Source: Eledone cirrhosa (lineage: Eukaryota). From it: a stretch of 64,000 bases of DNA. The stretch is taken from NCBI GenBank assembly GCA_964016885.1, contig OZ024740.1, positions 169,632,001-169,696,000 on the forward strand. Reading direction: 5' to 3'. The position numbers were made by a program, and so were the translations under genes. The notes beneath the pieces are model-generated. The model searched no databases. It was not told the origin of the DNA and worked only from the letters and a program-made list of their open reading frames with translations. Below are positions 54,805 through 64,000 of the stretch, piece by piece. Position 1 is the first letter of the stretch, and each line of letters starts with the position of its first letter.

Positions 54805-55430
54805 AATAATTGTTTCTACTTTTGGCACAAGGCCAGCAATAACCCCAGTGCATTACTGGTACTTTATTTTATCCACCCTGTAAGTATGAAATGCAAAGTT
54901 AACCTCGGCGGGATTTGAACTCAGATCGTAAAGGGACGTAACTATGCTGGAAAGCATGGCATCCGACTCTCTACCGATACTTGCCAATCCGCTAATAATA
55001 ATGGTTTCTGATTTAGGCACGAGGAAAAAGATGAAATCGATCCCAGTTACTTATTTATCGACCCCGTAAGAGTGAAAATCAAAGACAACTGCGCCTGGAT
55101 TTGAACTCAGAACCTAACAAACCGGAATAAATACTGCTAAGCATATCCCTGCCAAAACACCTCCCTTATATATTAGTAGGTAGGTAGCAGTAGTTGTTTC
55201 TTTATCTAAATATTTATATTCTGATTTAGGCAGAAGGCGAACAATTGGTGGGGGCGGAGGGGGGGGGGGATGTCGATTAAATCGAGCCCAGCGCGTTACT
55301 GGTACTTTATTCTATCGGTCACGGAGGAATGAAAGTTGACCCTAGCGGGATGTGAACGCAGAATATAAAGAGCAAGGGAAATGTTATAATATATTTTTTC
55401 GGACACTCAAACGATTCAACCAAATCCAAC
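54805..55430 (-). mobile_element. Three tRNA-derived SINE copies
   Basis: Same family as 3357 (tttggcacaaggccagcaat...ggatttgaactcaga...gccaatccgc). Confidence 0.75.
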
Positions 55431-55435
55431 TCCCT

Positions 55436-55504
55436 AGTAGTAGTAATAGTAGTAGTAGTAGTAGCAGCAGCAGTATCAGCAGCAGCAGCAGTAGCAACAG
55501 CAGC

Positions 55505-55558
<54 letters not shown>

Positions 55559-55559
55559 T
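55436..55559. repeat. (AGT/AGC)n trinucleotide microsatellite
   Basis: Direct reading. Confidence 0.95.
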
Positions 55560-56747
55560 TCTGATTTTGGCACAAATGATTTAAATCAAGGTAGGTTTAT
55601 GGCATGCCAGTCCAGAAGTTGCTCTAGAACGAGGCATATAATGGAGAAGCAAATCCCTATATAGCTTGGCACCACAGATATCGCTACTCATTTCTGCAGA
55701 TGAGTTAACAGATGCAACCTCTAATAAAGTGTCTTTTTCAAGGGAACAACTCAGCAGTAATATAAGAACAAGAAATCACCCCATAGTGGGTACGATAAAT
55801 CGTATAAGGGAATTCGGATTACCCATCCGCAACCCCAAATTACCTCGACATAAAAAAGACAAATGCCTTTTCACAGTCCTTTCCACCAACCTACATCCAC
55901 AGAGTAGACCTCTTTAATAAAGTCAATTTCGTCACTCCCACCTTATCTTTCATAACATTTTAAAGGGTGCAAAGAACAGGGCTACTGAACTAGATATGTA
56001 GCGCTTTAATTAGACCCTCAGTCCATCGACAAAATATAACATCATGTGTGGACTTCCTTTTCCAAGTGCCGGGTTGAAAAACCATAGTTATTTCTATGGT
56101 AACACCCCTCGTACTAGTTCACGGTACTCTTCCAAACCCCTATTTCCGACGCATCCGAAAAGCAAAGTCTCTAGCATAAAAAGAAACACAAGTCATGAGA
56201 CCTAGTGTGTGATGCGAAATGGTTCAGATAGGTAGCCGTTTAGTTTGAGTACTGAATAGATGTCGCTGTAGATTGTAACTATCTGGCCTATTAAAACGAA
56301 ATTCACAGCGGCTATACTTACGACAACCGTCAGGTATCGATACCGTACGCTTTAAATTAATCTAAATAGATCGATCAAACCTCTACTGAAGACAAACTTA
56401 ATGAAATTTGTATATTCCGTTGTGGCTTCATGATGATATTCGTAACTTTTTGCTTCCTTTTGAAAACAACCATTAATTGTTCTTGACGAAGTATCTCTTA
56501 ATTCCGCCATTTCATTTATTTGGTGGCGGAATGACGAAAACATCATTCACTATTTTACTAAGTATGGAAAAAGGCCAAGTAGTATCCTATAGTAAGTAAG
56601 ATACTATGCCTAATATCGATTTATTTACTGCTTTTATGTGCTTATGTATTTATCTTTTTTTTTGTCATTATCAAGACGATCTAATCGAAGCTATATAGAT
56701 ATTCACCGAGAAACGATTTCTTTTTTTTGTCTCCAGGTTATTTTTGT

Positions 56748-57125
<378 letters not shown>

Positions 57126-57216
57126 ATTTATTTCATCAGTTCTTTCCATAGAATTCTGTTATCAGTCAAACCGAGCTTTACCTTTAGTTTTTTTATGCTG
57201 CTGATTATCACTAGTG

Positions 57217-57257
<41 letters not shown>

Positions 57258-57643
57258 GCTAGTTTTACAGTTGCCAGTAAAAAAAAATTACATTCGTCCA
57301 AATCAATGTTGGAAATGTGGTTGTTGTTCTGATGTTGTTTTACTTCACTATTTCATTCTATTTCTATTTTCATGATCTCATTCTCGATGTTGTTGTTTAT
57401 GTTAATTTTGTTTCTTATGTAGTTTTTTTTTTCTGGTTTTCGTTGCTAATAGTTGTATGTTTTTAAGTTTAATTTTTCTCGTTTCTTCTTTTTTTTTATC
57501 AGTAAATATAATCCATCACGTCGCTGCTCCCAACCTATATCTCCCAATCTTTCAATTAATCTATCTATTTCTCTCTCTGTCTATCTATGTATATGTATGT
57601 CTTCCTGCCTCTCTGCATGCATGTATGTCCGTTAGTCCATCCG

Positions 57644-57710
<67 letters not shown>

Positions 57711-58215
57711 ATCTATCTACCCATCTATCCATCAATCTTCCTCAATCTTTCAAACAATAATTGATCAAGGGAATATTATTGATAAACATCGCTTCGTTGG
57801 TAATGGATATAATCATTATGATGACAAAATCTGCAATCATATAGATGAAAGTAATGATGATAGCGCTCATGAAGATGATGATGAGAATGGTGTGAATGAC
57901 AAAGTTACACACCTTAAGAAAATCAAGTTATATCTGGTGGCGCAGAAGAAACTGTTAAAACATGACGATAAGTAATTATATTATTTATAATGGTAACAAT
58001 GATAATGATAACGATAAACTGTACGATTTCTATCCTGGACATAACATTCTAATCATATTAGAAGCCAACATTATAACTTAAGTAAAAGATCTGAGTTTAA
58101 TTATAGTGTGTAAATAGGAGGACAATATTGTGCATTCTAATTGGTAGGTAAGATCGATCAATTCGTGCAGTTCTGGAAAAGGTGGATGGTTGGCTTAAAA
58201 ACAAAATCAATTCTA

Positions 58216-58260
<45 letters not shown>

Positions 58261-59163
58261 GAATAAAAAAATAAATAAACTGAAAATATGAAGAATGAAA
58301 AACAAAACAACTGCTAAAAGAATACATGGTAGAATAAATATGACTATAAACATATAAAGAATATAAGAATATAGCAGGGAGCAAATAAATAAACAAAACG
58401 AATAAATCAAACCTTTAAACGTGAATATAATGAAATTGGACACAGGGATAGAGAGTTAGAGAGCAAGAGATAATAAATGAGGTTGGAGCAGTGTGTTAAA
58501 TATGTGGTTGGGGGACGGACGCGTTTTAGGGTAAGAAAAGGATGTTCAGAGACTTGATGTGGTAAAGTAGGTTTAAATAAAGGAGTTAGAAGTATATCAA
58601 AATTATACATTAAAGGGATTGTGTCTACAAAAGAGAACTGAAGCAAAACTAGCTAATCTAAACAGCATATTTAAGTTACTAAATGAATAAAATCGTTTAT
58701 AATGTCATATATCACGTGATTTTGACATAGTTACATTCTGAGTTCGCATTGTAAGTGCGTTAACAAAATCAATGATAATCGATTCCTTGATTTCCGTATC
58801 AGAAATCGTCTTAACGAAAACCTAAATGAATACAGTCATGATCTGGCACACGATCTACAATCTAGCTAACTCATTTACATTCTATTACGTGCAATTCATT
58901 TCATTCACCCTACCTACGATCTGTTGAGTTTCCAGGACAGAACAGAAATTATATTCCCCAAAATATTCGCAACGAATATTTCAGCATTTTACAAATAAAA
59001 AAAAAAAACCCATTCAAATATACGGTTTCAGAAAGACAGTGTGATTAACCACATATTTTTTAATAAAATTTAATTATTTAATATTTTGCAAATTTTGTGT
59101 CAAGTCATGTTAAAATAACATTTAAATTAAATATACTGTAAAGGAAATTTAAACGAAATTTAC

Positions 59164-59321
59164 CTGTATGTTGATGCCAAGCTGTGAAGGTATCACCTGG
59201 CCGTTCTTCAGCCAACCGACGGATATGGGCAGTTCTCCACTGCTAATCACACATATTACTGTTACTCTTTGACCTGCTTTTGTTTGCTTTTGGAAAGTAA
59301 ATGGTGTTATAGTAGGTGGTT
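59164..59321 (-). CDS. Dscam: Dscam exon, Ig7 N-half (EPPTITPFTF...VICVISSGELPISVGWLKNG...INIQ)
   Basis: tcttacag acceptor, CAG|GTAAAT donor, phase 1 to 0. Confidence 0.93.
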
Positions 59322-60465
59322 CTGTAAGATAAGAATACAAAAATATGTGAATCATCGGCTTTCACTTATCATCTGAAAAAATATGTAATAATTTTAACAT
59401 TCTATTTAATAGCAACGTTTATGAAATATATGAGACTTAAATACGTAATAGTAAAGTAAATGGGAAATTGAAGTACTTGGCTTTTTAAATGGTTGTTGAC
59501 AGTTAGAACTATTGACACCATAGGAATAAAAAATTCATGAGAAACCCGGCATGCCATTATTACTGTATTCAATATAAATTTTCCTTCGTTGGATGCTCAG
59601 GATTAGAATGCTTTTGCGCTAATTTCGATTATAGAATGTTTTGTACATAAAAGTATACAAAAGTTCTTGCAAAGAGACACAAACTAAATTACATAGTACC
59701 GTAACATTTCAACTTTCAAAAATATAATCAGAATTTAAATACTGTCTAATGCATGAACATCCAGCCAAACTTTACTTACATTTATATAAACCACAATTTT
59801 ATAAATTATAAACTAAGAAACAAAAGAAATATTCTCATATATTTTCTAAATCTATTAAATGTTTAAACATTATATAAAATGATACATATTGCTTATGTCT
59901 TATATTACAGATAGAATGGATGGTCACAGTTGAAGAACTTTTATGCTATTTTGTATTATTGAAATTCTTGAAACGCAAGTAAAACTTCAAAATTATTTTT
60001 TTATAGCAGACTATACATTCCTATTAATGTACGCTGCAGTATCTAAAATTAAACACTGTACATTTTATTATTTTGCCGACTGCGATTTAGTTTTACATTT
60101 TACATCTGAAACACTCCAGACCGGTACAAAATTAATCAACCAGATCATTCAACGTTCTGTAAACAATATTGTAACACTTTTTAAATAGACTATCATCATT
60201 TTAATTGAGATTTTGCACCTAACATTAACATTTGATGTCTCATGTGAAGATATGCAAATATACTGCTTTGAGTGTTTTCGGTGGGCGCCATGTTCGATCC
60301 CATTTACAAATGATATATTTCAGTATTTAGGTGAGATCAAAGCGTAATATTTTACTATTAACTACGAAATACCAAGCGAGAAATTATCAATCGTATCATC
60401 ATGCGTTTTGAACTCCTTCATTAATAGAAATTTCATCATGTCAGGCGATATTGGTACACTTACAT

Positions 60466-60529
<64 letters not shown>

Positions 60530-60978
60530 CTCTCAATCTCTCACTCTCTCCCGCTCTCTCACTCTCTCTCTCACTCACTCTCACTCTCTCTCTCACTCTC
60601 ACTCTCTCTTTTTCTCTCTCTCTCTATATATATATACATACATATATTATATATACACTTATATATATATATAAATACATACATATATTATATATGTGTG
60701 TGTGTATACATGCATACATACATACACACTTATATGGTATGTATGTTTGCGTGTAAGTTATTTATTTTTTCATTAGAGACTTAAACTAATAGCAGTCGCC
60801 GGACTGTGTTGCCCGTGCATATATTTACTGATATTCGACTGTTGTTGACTCGGCACTGCATAATATACATATCGTATGTATATGCATATTGTTTGTTTGC
60901 ATGTGGGTGTAAATATGTACATATTTAACATATGTACATATTTACTCCTACATACAAACAAACACACACACACATACA

Positions 60979-61070
<92 letters not shown>

Positions 61071-61143
61071 CATGCCCACATAAACACGAAAGTATACTCG
61101 GTATAAAAAAATATTCCCAAAGTACAAAAGAAAAATCACTGAC

Positions 61144-61302
61144 CTACTATTCGGACCAACACATTTCTACTCATCCCTTCTCCTTTTGAATTAGCTGCAG
61201 TGCATGTATAGTCACCGTCATCATAGGCGCTTTGCACATCTTCTACTCTCAACGTTCCGTTCACCACAGTTTGTCGATGGTTTATTGGTAATGCCTGTGC
61301 AG
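61144..61302 (-). CDS. Dscam: Dscam exon, Ig6 C-half (AQALPINHRQTVVNGTLRVEDVQSAYDDGDYTCTAANSKGEGMSRNVLVRIV)
   Basis: Acceptor tttgatag, donor G|GTCAGT, DxGxYxC motif. A second acceptor (exon start 61294, phase 0) is possible because the upstream exon was not found in the window. Confidence 0.88.
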
Positions 61303-61405
61303 CTATCAAAGAGAGAAAGATTTAAAAAATATATTAAGTATTTACATATGAAATTTGTGTGTACAAATATATTCAGGAGTGTGGGTATCTGTGCTGAAAA
61401 TATTA

Positions 61406-61453
<48 letters not shown>

Positions 61454-62453
61454 GAACAGGTCAGCCCCGCGTTATAAATATTCGCCAAGTAAAAGTCATC
61501 TTGTAAGACCACTCACACCTCATAGTAGAACTGACTAAGAAAAGGAACGTAAATTCGATTAATCCAACATATAGTCTATATGTCACCACGACATAGCTAG
61601 GAGTTGTTCACCTCTAATAATACATTACCTAATAAGGCATGCGAATACTCTATTCTATTCAAATTACACATCGTTAACGTCCGGTATTGATATACGGACA
61701 TAATAGATCCCATACCACAAGTTGTCTTTGTATTCTCCTCACTCAAATCAAAGATGCCAATACATATATAAATTCGTTTCAGATACCCGAATAAAAGGAA
61801 TAGCACTAATTTGGCGAACTCGATATGGTAACTCAAGGGGATGAAGAGAAACGTCTCTATTCAATGTAAGATAGTAAAATTATCATTATTATATATAAAT
61901 AGTCTCAAAGTTTGCAAATTATGTAACGATGAAAAGTTTTGGATACGTAATAATCTTAAACATCATCAATAGATCCTTCAACAGCCACCTAGAATTCTTC
62001 TCTCGCTGTTCCCACGCCACGCAGCACCAGCTAAATAAATGGCCTCCATAGCAACTAACTCTAATCATTTATTAATTTTAGTCCTCAGTTATCTCCCCTC
62101 TCTAATCTATTGTTATGGCTTATATAGCAATTAACTCTCTAATTCATTTATTTCAATTCTAACTGTCAGAGTTATCCCTCTCTGTTGTTTTTGTTAATTA
62201 CTTTCTATATTTTTTTCCTTTTCTATATATTGCCCGCATTTTGGTCACTCTCTTATCTCCCTCCCTTATATAAGTTACTTCCAGGGACTTTTCCCCAGCA
62301 CAGGTTGAAAGTTTTCCAGCGAACGAAATGCGTATTCCATTGCTGTTATATCTTCGTTGTAACATTGGTCTTAATAATAACGGGCTTGACGTATATTTAC
62401 CATTTGATATCTCTACCAAGCTATCACTACAACACACACACACACACATATAT

Positions 62454-62503
<50 letters not shown>

Positions 62504-62530
62504 TGATGATGATTTCCTTCGAATGGAACA

Positions 62531-62570
<40 letters not shown>

Positions 62571-64000
62571 TGTTTAAAATATGAATTATTCTGATGCAAT
62601 ATTTCCGGTCAATGATACTAACTCCTTCGTTTAAATTCGTTTTAAATGCTATTATAGCTTTATCACAATTCAATTGGGATACTATTATGCATGTTTATAT
62701 CTGAAATAAATTGTAATTTACGAATGTAATGCATAGATTCATATGAACATATAAGAATACAAAACAATGTTTGCAATGTCAAGTGATAACATTAATAAAA
62801 CACAAAAATGACAAAAAGAAACTGAAAGTTAATATCAAAATATGAAAACAAAGTTTTGCTGCAGAAATTATCAGTGCTTTTTCTGTATAACTTTCTATAT
62901 GTTTATACAATAGACGACTACGAATGTGTTTTCGTATTAATTACTGAATTTTCATTGATTCAGTATGATCTGTAAAATGAATGAAATCATAATATAGCAA
63001 TAGCTGTATGTGTACAATTACTCCAAACAGATTAATAATTATTCATGTCTTTCAGCTATAAACTATCTCAAAATTAATTTTGTTCTTTGAAATTATACCA
63101 TAATTTTAATGATGTATAGATTTGATCTTAATGACTGTGAATATATAATGTATACCATATCGTCAATAAGATTTGAAAAGGTGCGATATTATTCACCGAC
63201 TCTAGGAAGTGCAAGCCCACTTGGGTGTTACATATATATGGCAATGTTGTTGTGTGTACTTGGCGATTTGAAAGTAGATGATTCTAGACGACGTGGGGTG
63301 GGGGGATCCTTTAAGCACGGAGTCCAATTAGGAAACATTGATCCGGTCTCACATGTACAGTTTCTATCGGCCTGTGAAAAGTTAGTAGACCGATCTCATG
63401 TAGTTCATCTTGTGAGGTATATCAGTCAAATTTCTCACAAATGACATCTTGAATAGAGAAAGGATGCATAATATGTTCTGTTGATACACTGTTTCTGAAT
63501 AAAAGATAGAATGATCACAACTGGTCATCAATTCATATAGTTAGTGCTTACATGAGGTGTGTCAACAGAACATTTCTTTTATCTTCGTGCATTTCAGTAA
63601 TAATCATATACACCTCATTATAAATTGTACATTATTAAATATATTATATGACAACTGCCATTGTACAGATTATATATAAAACAAACATTAACAGAGAAAT
63701 TTTAGGTTTTCTTCATTGATGAAAAATGATGGTTTGATATAACTATTATGTGACATTTGAACACAAGTTCACAGCTTCTGTTTTCGTTGCAAGGCTGAGC
63801 ATGTAACACAAACTGTATTAAAAATAAGAAAGTAAGTAAATAGATTCTTCAAAATTTGTTCTTGGCGAATCACTATTAACTAACACAGTATCTGAAAGCA
63901 GTTGCTGCTGAAGCAGTTATTCAAGAAATTCATATTAGATTCATTGACCAGGTAGCCTTTAAGTTCAAGTATTCACAGTACTCTATTTTATCGATCTTTC

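Noticed and set aside
61303-64000. Ig6 N-half exon
   Set aside because: No convincing Ig segment with splice sites found; probably outside the window

Overview
AT-rich, microsatellite-dense animal genomic DNA, most likely an octopus-like cephalopod (inferred from the SINE types and repeat landscape). Almost the whole window is the internal part of one minus-strand Dscam gene. I reconstructed 19 exons by hand (2832 nt, 944 codons, all splice phases compatible) encoding the second half of Ig6, Ig7-Ig9, FNIII-1 to 4, Ig10 and FNIII-5; the gene continues beyond both ends. No alternative Ig7 exon array is visible. The 26,170-bp intron splitting Ig8 appears to use a GC donor. The introns hold two tandem R4/Dong-type LINEs in (CATA)n, a CRE-type RLE fragment, a 5'-inverted RTE, a Helitron and many tRNA-SINEs. 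The most striking pattern is a series of head-to-head palindromic inserts mostly next to (TA)n tracts: an ~8.6-kb inverted repeat centred on a Penelope GIY-YIG fragment, plus 0.1-1.3 kb hairpins, several carrying complete or partial type I hammerhead ribozyme cores pointing outward. Most listed ORFs are microsatellite artefacts.
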